Assembly: GCA_003427395.1 (NCBI GenBank)
Contig: BFEA01000008.1
Span: 902,602-966,601 of the forward strand
Length of the DNA: 64,000 bases
From: Chara braunii
Lineage: Eukaryota > Plantae > Charophyceae
Direction: 5' to 3'
The position numbers and the translations under genes are program-made. The notes below the pieces were generated by a model. The model was not told the DNA's origin and did no database searches. It saw nothing but the letters and a program-made list of their open reading frames with translations. Every line of letters begins with the position of its first letter. The stretch's first letter is position 1. Shown piece by piece: positions 36,541-48,660 of this stretch.

Positions 36541-39500
36541 TTTTTTTTTTTCGCTTTTTTATTAGACTGACATGTTTCAGGCTTTCAGCAAGAGGATCTC
36601 ATGAAAATGTGGCGGAAATTAATTTATTTATTCTCTTAACAAAAACAGTCTTTATGGCCCTGGATCCATATTCATTCAGGGGAGCGTCAGTCCTATTCCT
36701 ATTCCCCCGTTCAAAGGTATAAAACATAATTTATACACTCATGCGTCCTTATGTATGGCTGAAGTATCCCTGACCAGCATTGATTGCTCCATTTTACTGG
36801 AGGATTGGCTGTGAGTTTGCCCTCTGTATGTATTCTTCTCACCTTCAGCCCGAAAACCCATCAAAAATATTTAGGTGGAATGAAATACATGAAAAATTTG
36901 CCAGATGTTGTAATTGAACTCTAAATATTCACATCAAGAATCATAAGAAGGCATCATTTCTTCCCCTCCTATTTCCGCCCTCGAGTTTGTGTTTTCATCC
37001 TGTCACATCCTCCTCACTGATGTGACAATCCTTCTGGTCCTCACAGCTACACTGAGCTCTGGGATCCCTCCCCATAGTGGAATTTCTCCCTTTTGTTGCT
37101 CCAAAAAACGACGATTGACTGTCAGATTGCCTGTCCCTCTTGCTCCTCTCATTTTCAGCCTTAACTAAGAATATCGTGTATGTCGTATCAGATCAGAGAG
37201 CTATCGACTCTTCAGAATCCTCTCTGACTTAGATGAGGCCAAGGCTATTGGTACTGCTTTAAAACGGGGCTCTTTGAGACCCGACCCCAAAACCTCAGGT
37301 GGTATCCCATTTCTTCCAGCTCAGTTTGTTGTCTCTGATTGTCGCAATTCAACCCCCCAGCAGCCAAGTCCTTGTGAATGCATTCCTCTTTGGTTCCAGC
37401 CTCTGCGGCCACGCGTTGTGGTTGATTGTGTCAAGGGGGTTGTCATCTATCTGTCAGTTCCCCCTCCTTTCCTATGCTCTCACTGTCTGATCCTGCGGAA
37501 TTCTCTCCCTTCTTCCCTCACTTGGAGCTGTACCCGCCTGTGCTTCCCTGTGACCTGTCCGGTTTCCAAGGGGGAGAGCTGCTGGTCATTCTCCGAGTCC
37601 AGCTAAGCAGCTGCCTCTGCGTCGTCATCATCCCACAAGTCAACGTCCACTGCCATGGCCTTGTCCATCAGCGAATCCTCCGCAGTTAGCAGTTGCTGCC
37701 GCAAGATGGAGGCTAGAGAGTCTGCCATCACCCCCACTGGGCAGTTTGGCCCCGCTAGGATGCTGTATGGGAGCGTTGTGACTATCTTCCATGCTCTCCA
37801 ATTCCTGGTCAGTTGTGCTGTCAGTCGAGTCCGCTGACGGTCAGCGAATCCTCCGCAGTTAGCAGTTGGCACCGCAGGATGGAGGCGAGAGTCTGCCATC
37901 ACCTGTGCAGGGCCGTTTTGTGACTATGTTCCATGCTCTCCATGCATTGTGAGGGTCTGCCATCACTGTGCAGGGCCGTTTGGCCCTGTTAGGATGCTGT
38001 ATGGGAGGACTGTGACTATGTTCCATGCTCTCCGATGCATTCCCGTTTTCAGCTTTTACTTTCTTGTCCATTTTTTACCAGGACGGGGCCAAAGGATCTG
38101 GCTTTCGAGTCCATCTTCTGGTCAGTTGTGCTGTATGGGAGGGCTGTGACTATGTTCCATGCTCTCCATGCATTCCCGTTTGCAGCTTTGCTTTCTTGTC
38201 CATTTTGACCAGGACTGTGGGAAAGGATCTGGCTTTCGAGTCCATCGACTGGTCGGTTGTGGCTATCGAGTCCACTGACCATTCCGGTTGGCAGACTCCC
38301 AGTGGGTAAGACAAAGGGATTTTTATCATTTTTTCGTTGATTGATCTGCCAACGATCCGTCATCAGTCAGTGTAGGAATGGCAAAGTAAACGTCTGTGGC
38401 ACCTGGCACGTTGCTGACTGGAACTAGGGGTCGGATCGACAACAGATTCCGGCAATTTGCAGACGCCATCCCCTTGACATTGTTGTGAAGTCCACTGAGA
38501 ATTCCTCGTTCTGTTCGAAAAGGCCCGTGGTTTGGGGGTCGGATCGACAACAGATTCCGGCAATTTGCAGACGTCATCCCAGTGACGTGTGGATTCCTTT
38601 GTTGTGAAGTCCACTGAGAATTCCTCGTTCTGTTCGAAAAGGCCCGTGGTTTGGGCTGCCACTACCGCAATTTTCGTGAAATCCACTGAGAATTCCTCTC
38701 CTGTTCGAAAAGCCTTTGGTTTGGGCTGCCACTACTGCAATGTCCTTTGTCAGCGTCTTCCTTTCTGCTTCCTTTCCCGGAATGACGTTGGTTCTTTTTA
38801 CCCCTCATCTCTGCCTGAGGTGGACTTCCATCTTTTGGGAAATATGTTCGTGATCGATTCCCTTGTATCACCTGTGTTCTTCTTTTCATCAGAGTGACAG
38901 AGTCCTAATTAGACAGATCCCTTTCTCTCTTCTTCTCAAAGGCTATGAATTATGAAAGCTCGCTCTTTTAGCGCAGTACGTTGTAGGGGTTAGATGCTGT
39001 TGAAATGCCTGCCACGGCTGTTCTGGTTGAGCCTGGTTTGCCCATGCTCCCCGAATGTCAAACTCCTCCTCACGTTCGTATTTCTCCAGATAGACGTTGA
39101 GCCATTTGATCGAGCCAGGGGCTACTTTGCTGTCAGCCGGAGGCTCGCTGTCGACCCCCTTCTCAGGATCTGAGTTGCCATGCAGTGAAGTGAAGGGACT
39201 TGGCTTCGAATCTGTGTCGTTGCAAGAAGTGTCTGACAGTGCATCACTGTTGGACTGGGTACTGGGTGAAACTTGTGTCCGGTGCCCTTTTTTTCTTTCT
39301 GTTGCCTGTTTCTTCCTGTCTAATTTTCCTGGGTGACGCCCGCCTCTTGAGTTCCAGTTTGGATTGGCAGTTCACTGTTCGATGGCTTTATGGGCCACGG
39401 CCAGGATTTCGTCATCCTCCGTCTGATTCAAGAGGTGGGTGTCAGTTTGCTGACGGATTGTTTTTCCATTGCCAGCAGTTTCTCTTTGGGGTAGCCCCAT

Positions 39501-41490
39501 GCTGTGATTTCTTCCTCCGCTCCTCCGTTTTTTGTTTCCTGGTTATTTTTTTGCCTTTGGTCTTGGATGATTCCAGAAGGATTTGAGTGTATGGTGATCA
39601 ACTACCAAGTCATATTTGAGTTGGTTTGCATTTGTTCCTTGTGAGGCTTTGCCTGCGACGACTGTGTTGTTGCGTCATTGGCGAGCTGCCATTTGTGTGT
39701 TGCTCAGGCCAGAATACTGTAGAACTCCAGGGAGTGGGAAGTACTGGGGGAGGGGAGGAAGACTTGGGGTGTGGGCGGGGTGGGATAGTGGTGATGAGGG
39801 GGAGTGTTAGTAGGAGGTTCTCAATCTAGAGATACAGGGTGATGGCGGGAGGTTGGGTGGAAGTCCGGTGAGAGCGTTGGGGCTAGGGATGGGAGTGATG
39901 GGGTTTGGAATACGGCTAGATCCGTTGGAGGTAGGTCTGGGAGCTAAGCTGGGCGAAATTATCGGACCAGTCGTGGGAGACAGCTGATGACTAGCTGGGG
40001 TTGGGAGGGGTTGGTTTCCCTTTCTTTATTTTTCTGTTATTGTCATAATATAACTACACTTTGGATCGAGGAGAGGGAGGCTGAGGGGGGAGGGAAGCAG
40101 GATTTGGAATATGCCATGGTCCTCTTGTCTGTGGGGGCAGGTAGGGGTGGACTATATCCCTCTTTTTTTTTTTTTTTTGGGTAAAAAACTAAGCTACATT
40201 CTTCACTCATATGCCTCACTCTACCTACCCTTCCTAACTAAGTCTTAAGTCCAGTTGCTAGCTTTTTGGTCGATTGTAGCCTATCTATGCACACCAGTTG
40301 TGGCCCCTAGGTGCTTTGGAGGTGATATGCGCTGAGGTTGGGTGGGGATTAGTAGGAGATGGATTGGAGATGGTGTGAGAGAATGGGATGTGAAGGTAAA
40401 GTAGCAGCTGCTTGAGCATTTGGCAAACTAACACCATCCATTTCAAAAATAATTTGTCCTGGGATGGGTTAGACGGGGATTGATAGGAGGTGGATAGGAG
40501 TATGCATGAGAGATTGGGCTAGGCTATGGCTGGGAGAATCGGGTAGGGCTAGTGGTCGAAGGAAATAGGAGACCGATGTCTGATATTGTACTGTTGATGC
40601 AGGAAGAGGTCTGAGGAGGGTTTGTCGGCTTCGGAGTGCAAGTGGGTGAGGGCAGAATGGAGGGTAGACGGCCACAGAAAGCAGCGCTGTCAAAAGAGAG
40701 GGGGCTTTGCCGGGGACGGATTAAGGAAGGGGAGGGCGAGGGGCGAGGGGGGGTATGAGCGGAAATCTAAATCGATGGAGAAGAGGGTCAGCCGTGGACT
40801 AGATTCTAGTCGGGGAGAATGGGAAGTGGGAGTTAAGTTTGGGATAGGTTGTAGAACTTGTAGTTAGTTGGAGTGAATGAGATCAGAAATAGGGGTTGGG
40901 AAGGAGACGGTAGTAGGAGTTGGATCAAGGAGAGCGTCTGGATTAGCGGGGTTAACGGGTTAGGAACCTCAGTACTTCACCACTTGTCTTTGTCTGCCGC
41001 ATCGCATAGGAACTCTTGCTCATCTCTTGTAGAAAAGCTCAGAATGCCTGTTCTTTCTGCCGAGTCGTGAGGGGCTGTTTCCCCACAATGTACGACTTTT
41101 TCACGGACCCAATGTTCGCACTCCTCGTTTGTCTTGGTTCGCGGACCCACGCTCTTCACGGATCTTGGTGGATGTCGTGTAAGATGTCGCTCAAATTCCC
41201 TTCGCTCTTGTCAGTACGGCAGCTGTGAGATGATCTTGTGACATGAGTGATGAATCCAGCCACGAGCCTGCTCTGTGTGCAGGTATGTGATGAAGCTGTG
41301 CTTGAAAGCAGCCAGCCTGAGCCAGGCGCTCGGGGCTCACGTGCTGTCATTGGTGTATTTCCCTCCAAAATGGCGCGGCATGTAGAGGCAAGGTGATCGA
41401 ATTTTGAAAAGTGGCTGCAGCACGGGCGCGAACGTGAGGGCGCAAGCAGTAGTGGACGCTAGCGCAGCGTACCGCTAACCGGTTGGCACG
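36541..41490 (-). mobile_element. LINE-derived element C: 5' end, ORF1-like remnant and shared 3' tail, no RT or EN detected
   Basis: T-rich end at 36541-36560; conserved tail motifs at 36643-36815; the right end (gacgctagcgca...) resembles the 5' end of LINE A (ggcgctagcgca... near 22135); G-rich + strand composition like the Pro-rich part of LINE A. Boundaries approximate. Confidence 0.5.
37670..38740. repeat. Complex nested minisatellites inside element C
   Basis: gtgactat(g/c)ttccatgctctcc x4; gcgaatcctccgcagttagcagttg x2; gggtcggatcgacaacagattccggcaatttgcagacg x2; gtgaa(g/a)tccactgagaattcctc x3. Confidence 0.85.
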
Positions 41491-41922
41491 GGCACAATTT
41501 TTTTGGTTTGGCTGGAAAAATACAGATTTTATTTTTATTTTTATTTTTTTATATAAACGGGTCCTTATGGCCCTGGATCCATTTCCATTCTGGGGAGCAA
41601 CGGTCCGGTTACTATTCCACCGGCAAGTCATGAGAATATTACATCATAGAACTCACCCACGCTTCCTTCCGTCTGGCCGAAGGAACCCTGATCAGCATTG
41701 ATTACTCCAACATCGAGGAGGATTGACTGTCAGCTTGCCCTGTTAACACCTTTCCGCTCAGGACTACTCTAAGAACCTGTCAGATAACACGTGTAAAGCA
41801 AGACAGGTCTAAGAAGCAACATCTGCTACCACTGTTGTCAAAACCCTAAGCCCTGCAGTTAAACATTGTGAACTCTTTTGTATTTTTGCCCTTGCTTGTC
41901 TTGTTTCTGTCCCAACCCTCAG

Positions 41923-41943
41923 CCCTAAACCCTAAACCCTAAA
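41923..41943. repeat. Interstitial (CCCTAAA)3 plant-type telomeric repeat
   Basis: Three exact copies, preceded by degenerate ccctcag. Confidence 0.8.
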
Positions 41944-44493
41944 GAAGATTAATCCTTTTGCATGTGTTCCATGTGACACACCGGCTGCCGCCTGGCACGC
42001 GTGTCTCTTGGATGTTCTTTGAGGCACAGATTGGAGCTGGTTCCTCTAGTACCTGGGTATTCTGCTGGGATACCGGCTTGATCGAATTTTGAAAGGTTCC
42101 TGAGTGGTAATGAAGATTGGAGGATTGACTGTCAGCTTGCCTATCCCTGAGTCCCCTCTCAGATCCCTTCTCTGATCCCTTTGCAGGGGATCTGTTAGTA
42201 CAACAATAAAGCAAGGAAAACAGAGATCAGAACTGACATAACAATGGATCATCTCAGGTTGCTCTGAAGTCATGCTGTTGGTTACAATGTGAATTTCGTG
42301 TCCCCTGGGCAGCCACCGAGTTATGCCAGTCTTGCCATCTGATTTGCGATCCGTGAATCTCCGCGATCATTCCGTGGGCCAGCCAAATTCTCCTGAATTT
42401 TGATATTATCTCTCGCTGCTTCTTCGGGTCCTGCTGGATTTGGAGTGGGACTTTCCTCCACTGGCAACTCCGTCTCCATTAGAGGTTTTGTCGTTGCCCA
42501 TATCTTATCACTCGGGTTGCTTGACTTGTCGATGGTCCTGCAGCACCTCTCCTTCCAAATGACCCAAAGTGTTACCTTTCTGATTATCCCGAACCAAATG
42601 CGTTCAGATTTAGTAAATTGAGCTGGGATGTTAGTCCATAACAGTAATTGGGTCGGGTGTTCGGGAAGGGAGGAGGGAAAGCGGTAGTCCCGAAGTGTTG
42701 AGGCTCTCGCCCATAAGTCAGTAGCGAATTTACAGGTTATGAGACAGTGAATTAAATCTTCTTGTTCATTGTCTGAACAGACCACACAATGTTCTGAACT
42801 ATTTGGGTCGCTATTCTTTCTACGGACGTGTAGCCAAGAGTTTATTGGGAGGGCATTATANNNNNNNNNNNNNNNNNNNNNNNNNNNNNNNNNNNNNNNN
42901 NNNNNNNNNNNNNNNACGGACGTGTAGCCAAGAGTTTACTGGGAGGGCATTATATGTGATCAACCATTGAAGACTTCTTATCTTGACTGGGCGTATTGAT
43001 TTGTATTTCGCCCAGGGCAACTCGGAGATTTGTTCCATTCTCTGTCCTAGCAATTTAGTCCATCTTTCTTTTGCTATAGGCTCTGGGTCCTTTGTTTTCA
43101 GTAGTAGTCTGTATCCCCTTCTGACTGTGTATTGGGTTATGTGCCTGGGGGTCTTACATGTTCTGTTGCTGCCCGAGGTCCAGGCCCATTTGTCTGGTCG
43201 AATTCTAAATCTTGAATTGCTGTATCTACTTGGAATATAGTCTTCGGCCAGATTCCCAGTGTCCTTACTTTTCGAAGAGTATATGAGTTCAGGGTCTCTT
43301 GTTGAGGATCAATGTTGTGGATGGTTAAGGTTTTGGGGTTGGTCCGAGATATTGGGAAGGAGGTGAAGTCTCCTGCAAATTCTGATCCAGGAGATCTGCG
43401 ATAAAATTGATAGGCTCTCTGTGGTACCGTTTCTTGGATCAGAACTCCCCACTCCCCTGATTTCCAAGAGAAGTCCAGCTGGCCGGAATGCTGTTGATTA
43501 TTGATGCCAGATTCTCATCTCGGTGGTGACAGCCTTTTAGGCGTGTTCTCAGCTGTTCCTCACCGATCCAATCTTTCCCCTCTTCATCCCAAATGTGGCT
43601 GACACGCCAGACTCCATGTCTGATCCAAGAGAGCCATCGATGCCCGTTTGTAAGTGACAGTGGGTGCCCCCTTGCCTCCCTTAACACATGGGTTCCCGAA
43701 CAGGGGTTGACGAGGGACTTCCTGTTTGGACTTCGGTTTCTTGACTTTTTTTGGCATAATTTCTCTCCAAATGTGGATGAGAGTTGTCCAATAGGGGGTA
43801 GCTGGTTGCACCTCGTTAAGTGACAAGTTTGTGGGTCGTCTCCTTCTGCCCGTTTTGGGTGTCCATTCTTTGTTCATTACCCAGAATAGGCCAGCCATAT
43901 TGAGTGGGCACTGGACAGGGGCTATATCTCTGATGCTATCGAGGGCCAGTTTGCTCCAAGCCAGTCTAGGCTGGGCTAGTAACTTGACTATCCACTTGAT
44001 CTGGAGGGCTTTAGTTTCCTGCTCGGGGTCGAGTATTCCTAATCCCCCCTTCGATGGCCTTCTCGTTATGTAGTGCCAGGCTATCTTAAGGATGTACTTG
44101 GTTTTGTTCGGGTCGCCTGACCATAGGTATGCTTTGGGTGTACTGTTCAGCTCTTTGATAGTTTGGTCTGGTATAGTCCAGATAGAGGCAATGTACCACA
44201 TCATTGAAAAGATGGAGGTATTGATGGCTAGTGCTCTTCCTAGTAATGAGGTGAATGTGGTGCCCCACCTCCTCATTCTGTTGATTTGATTGGTCAGCAG
44301 GTTTTATGCCATTTGTGGGGCGGGGCCATCCTTGTTTACCATAATTCCCAAGTATCTCATTGGCTCCTCAGGTCTTCCCATGTCATTTCTGCCTCAGGTC
44401 CCTCCATTCGGGGTGTCTCCTCCTCTGATAACCACCAGCCTATCGTCTTTTTCCAATTGATCTTCATTTCTGAGGCCAACCTGAAAGCTACCA

Positions 44494-44527
<34 letters not shown>

Positions 44528-44538
44528 CCCATNNNNNN

Positions 44539-44588
<50 letters not shown>

Positions 44589-44963
44589 TCGAATAAATCC
44601 TCCGCTGGAACATCGAAATATACACTACTCACCTGCACACACCCCTCGCTGGCCTTTTCGAATGCGGCCCCGCATCATTTCGTCTCAGTGCGCGAGCGGA
44701 CTTTTCAGGCAATACAGTTTCTGACGTCCAGCCCCTCGACCGTGTCTTTTATGCACCAGCATCGGTCAGCGTCAGTCCTGTCCACGCTGCTTGCGGTCCT
44801 GTCCCTCCCGCGCCGCTTCGTTTTTGCACCCGCGTCCCTCCACATCAGTCCTGTCCCTTTCCCTCGCTGGCACACCAGACGACGGGCCCTTGCCACAGTT
44901 TCTCGTGGGCCCGCGCCGGCGTCTGTCGCTGGGACCGCTGTATCCTTTATAAGGGTTAGGGAA

Positions 44964-45094
44964 ACCACCAGTACCTCCACATTCTTAGGCAGTTAACGCG
45001 GTGGCTGAATCGGTGCACCGCGTGTGTCCATATGCATTTGCATCAGAGCCTCCCCAGAGGGGGCCTAAGACCCCCAGGGGGTGGTACTGGTGGT
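44964..45094. mobile_element. ACCACCA-family MITE
   Basis: Perfect TIR ACCACCAGTACC / GGTACTGGTGGT; right flank ttaa, left flank ggaa (altered). Confidence 0.75.
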
Positions 45095-45888
45095 TTAAGT
45101 CTACTTATCGGACGTCGAGAACCAAAGTGAACGTGAGAGACGAAGTCAAGAGCCGCCGGATGCACCAATTAAATGTGTTAGCAAGGAAAGCCCTCAAACG
45201 TATCGAGGGGTTGAAAACTATTAAATCCAAACCGGCCAAGATTGCTTCTGTACAATGGCAGGTAGATCATCCCTGTTTAGTATTCTCTATTTAGTATTAA
45301 CCTACTTGTACGACTAACGAGTGGATTATTGATAGAGCCTCACTTGAGCAAAAGCGGGTAGCCATACCACGGTGCAAGTTTTGCTCTACAGCATTTCCTC
45401 CACGAAAGATTCTGAAAATTATGGAGCATACATGCCTACAGTGAAAGGGGTAGCCCCGGGGGCAAAAGAGGGATGCCCAGGAGCAGAGTGGTTTGGAGGT
45501 GGTGGGATAGGATCTGGATCTAGTTTAAGTACATCACTGCCATGGGCCCATGGCCATGGGACTGGAAGGCTTTGCTGTGTGAAACTAGGAATCCTCCCAA
45601 AGTAACGGAGACATTCGCTCAAACTCTCTGGACAATAGGGACAATAGGGAGAAGGGCAAATTTTTGGGCGACTATGGCGCCGTCGACATACACACGCAAT
45701 GAGAGGGGCTCGTCTTGATGGCCCAGAGTTTACTGAATCAATACAGCAACAAACCAAAAGGACGTCAGTCACAGCACAACTCAATGGGAGAAAGTGAAAG
45801 AGAAAATCAAATCTTTTTTTTTATCATCCGAAAGGAACAAAACTGAAATACGAAAAAAAAAACACCTGAAATACTCCATCACATTTCT

Positions 45889-45890
<2 letters not shown>

Positions 45891-45934
<44 letters not shown>

Positions 45935-46358
45935 CCCATTAACTCCCCCACCAGTGTTAGTGGTGCTGGTAAGAGCAGACACCACTAACACCTGGGGAGA
46001 GGCTCCATCTATTGGTGGGGAGCATCACCTGCCGGAAAGCGGGTCCAGCGTCCCATTTACAGACTGAAAGTACCTTAGAGAAACAATTTTGGGAGTTCCT
46101 GCCAGCATTGATTGCCCTGGAAAACCAGGGGATTGACTGAGCAGGGCATGGAAAAAAAAGGGGAGAGGGGGAGAACCTCTTCGGCCAGAACCGTGCGCCA
46201 GATTCTTGCAGCTACACACTAGTTCCTCCCTCCCCCTATCAGCCTCAGTCCCAACTGCCAATTCCGTTTTTCAAGAAGATTGAGGAGGACGCTGCCAGCA
46301 TTGATTACTCTATCTCCAGAGGATTGACTGTGCAGGTTGTTGGGTACTGCTAAGAGTC
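45891..46358 (-). mobile_element. Short poly(A) retroposon (SINE-like or truncated LINE 3' end) inserted in the LINE D RT
   Basis: About 44-nt poly-T; two copies of the shared structured motif; 12-bp perfect hairpin gtgttagtggtg/caccactaacac (45954-45991). Confidence 0.7.
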
Positions 46359-47034
46359 TAGTTCCTCCCTCTTATGGAGGAGTCAGATGCCCTTATGAGA
46401 ACCGTGAGATCGTCTGCAAACATTATCACTATTGGGAATTGGATGTGGTGAGGGGTACCGGTATTGAGGTCTGCCAACCTTTGGATTGAGGAGGTCTTTG
46501 CGTTGGAAGGAGGCAATCGCTTCCATGACGCAAAGGAAGATCGGTGGGGCTCCTTGACGGATTGACCGGGAGATCGGATAACGTTCGGAAATAAGTCCAT
46601 TCACTTGTACATATCCTAAAGCATCATTGTACAAGATCCTGATCCATGTCCTGAATACAGGTCCCACCCCCATTTTTTCCATGCTCGCATTGAGAAAGGT
46701 CCAATTAACTTGGTCGTAAGCTTTTTCAAAATCAAAGAACAGGATAGCTATATTCATCCTCTTCTCTTTGACTTTTCTTGCTGCCTCGTTAAGAGTTAAG
46801 ACATTGTCTAGTATATATCTGCCTGGGATGAAACCAGCTTGATCTATGTCAAAGCATTTATCTGTGAGGTCCAGTATTCTGAATGCTAATGCTTTCACCA
46901 GAATTTTGTAGGGTAGGGTAAGGAGGGAGATTGGTCTATAGTTACGGATGTCCTCCCTGTCCCCCTTCTTATACAGTAGGGTCGCCACGCTGCTACTCAA
47001 ATATTCTCCCATCCCCCCCTTTTTCTTAGCTGTC

Positions 47035-47350
47035 CAGGGTTGCACCGGCGCTGACCGCCGACCCCGACCGCCGACTGTTTTGTTCCGACCGATCGGGGTC
47101 GACCGGTTGGCGGTCCGCCGACCAGTCAGAAAACAGGCATCCACTGCTTTTTTTTTTTTCTGATTGCTCAGCCTTACTGCGCTTGCTGAGTACAGCCCAA
47201 ATCCGCAGAGAAACTTTTTGGGATGGGGGAGGGGTATGGGGGGTTGGGGTTGGAGCATACCTGCGGCGCAAGTGTGCTGGTCACCGATGCGCCAAAAAAA
47301 TAAAAAAATAAGAATAAATAAATAAATCGGCCGTTATGTGTGAGAACACG

Positions 47351-47403
<53 letters not shown>

Positions 47404-48660
47404 AAAATGTAAACAAATAGCTCCTTAATATTTATTTCAAACCCCCTGCGGGTTATCCGAGAGGGCCCTGCACATAATCAGCAAGGGCCACGGTGCCATG
47501 AACGGGATAGTAGTCATAGCCATGCCGAAGTCATGGCACGTATATGGGACCACTGAGCACGCGAGTTTCTGGGCAGTAGTAGCAGGCCAATTCACCACGT
47601 GCTTTTCAGGGCTTCCCTCCACTACAAATGTGCAAAACTAGAATGAATCTTCTGCTAGAACATGGAACCGTACGCCGCCATATGTTTTATCTTTTTTGCA
47701 AGTGGTGAGGAGTGAAGCAAGGCCCTTAGGGCCACTTGTCGTAGGAAAAGGAAACAAAAGAGAGAGAGGAATGAATCTTCTGCTAGAACATGGAACCATA
47801 CACCGCCATATGTTTTGTCTTTTGTGCTGGTGACGAGTGGAGCAAGGCCCTTGAGGCCACTGCTCGTAGGAAAAAGAAACAAAAGAAAGAGAGAGCTACG
47901 GTAGTCAGTAGTTGTAACTTGTAACCCATAACTGCTCGAAAGCAGACCTGACTTCGGATCCAGAACATATATTGCTGGCCTTCTCCTCTTTCATACGAAA
48001 TTTGCTGAACATCTCTTGAGATGTTGGGACCCTTGCATATGTACTGCCGGGGTCCTCCGTGAAAAAGACTATTCAACAAGGAATACGTGGGGCCTATTTT
48101 TTTTTCTGTGGGAAGGTGCACCATTGGCTACCTCAGCCAGCCTTCTCCAAAAAAAAAATTATACCCTATTTATTGGGGTGCGTCGCATCACGTGCGTGTG
48201 CATGCTTACACGTGCGTTATGCGCCGCACGTGCGGAGCTCGTGCGCACGCGATATGCCGCAGGTATGGGTTGGAGTATAGGTGAAGTATAGGGGTGATAT
48301 AGGGGATATTAGGGGGGGTTAATAAGGATGTTGGCGGCGGTTCGGGAGGCCAGGGCCGCCCGGGCCCAGGTCACCCGGCTGATCGGGTTCAGTAGCCTAG
48401 CTGTCCACAGCATGAAAAACGACAAATCCCCAGGGATCGATGGTCTTACTAAGGAATTCTGGGAAACGTTCTGGCCCATAATGGGCAATAACACTCTTCA
48501 GTTTTATAAGGACAGCTGCAGAGTTGCACACCCCGACGGTCGGCAGCCCTTGACTGGTCGGCTGCCGACCTGCCGACCGACCGGCTGGTTGGCACCTAGC
48601 AGTCGGGGATCATCGGCACCCCGCACTTTTTTTTTTTTTTTTTTTGGGATCCAGAACCCC
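47035..48660. mobile_element. hAT-type MITE E2, split by inversion (ends at 47035 and 48519)
   Basis: CAGGGTTGCAC (47035) and CAGAGTTGCAC (48519) now point the same way; TSD gacagct(a/g) appears as tagctgtc (47027-47034) and gacagctg (48511-48518). Confidence 0.8.
47256..48267. mobile_element. Non-autonomous hAT-type element E3 (CATACYTGC family)
   Basis: TIR CATACCTGCGGC / GCCGCAGGTATG; perfect TSD ggttggag (47248-47255, 48268-48275). Confidence 0.9.

Noticed and set aside
38330-38375. CTGATGA...CGAAA on the minus strand as a hammerhead ribozyme
   Set aside because: Stem II does not close directly on the core and I could not find stems I and III.
41688-41733. SECIS or box C/D kink-turn reading of the shared 3' motif
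   Set aside because: The upper helix is far shorter than a SECIS helix II, there is no conserved apical AA, and the GA needed for a kink-turn is missing in three of the six copies.
42821-42954. Direct repeat either side of an N gap (also 2580-2632)
   Set aside because: Near-identical sequence flanking a gap is most likely an unmerged contig overlap, not a biological duplication.
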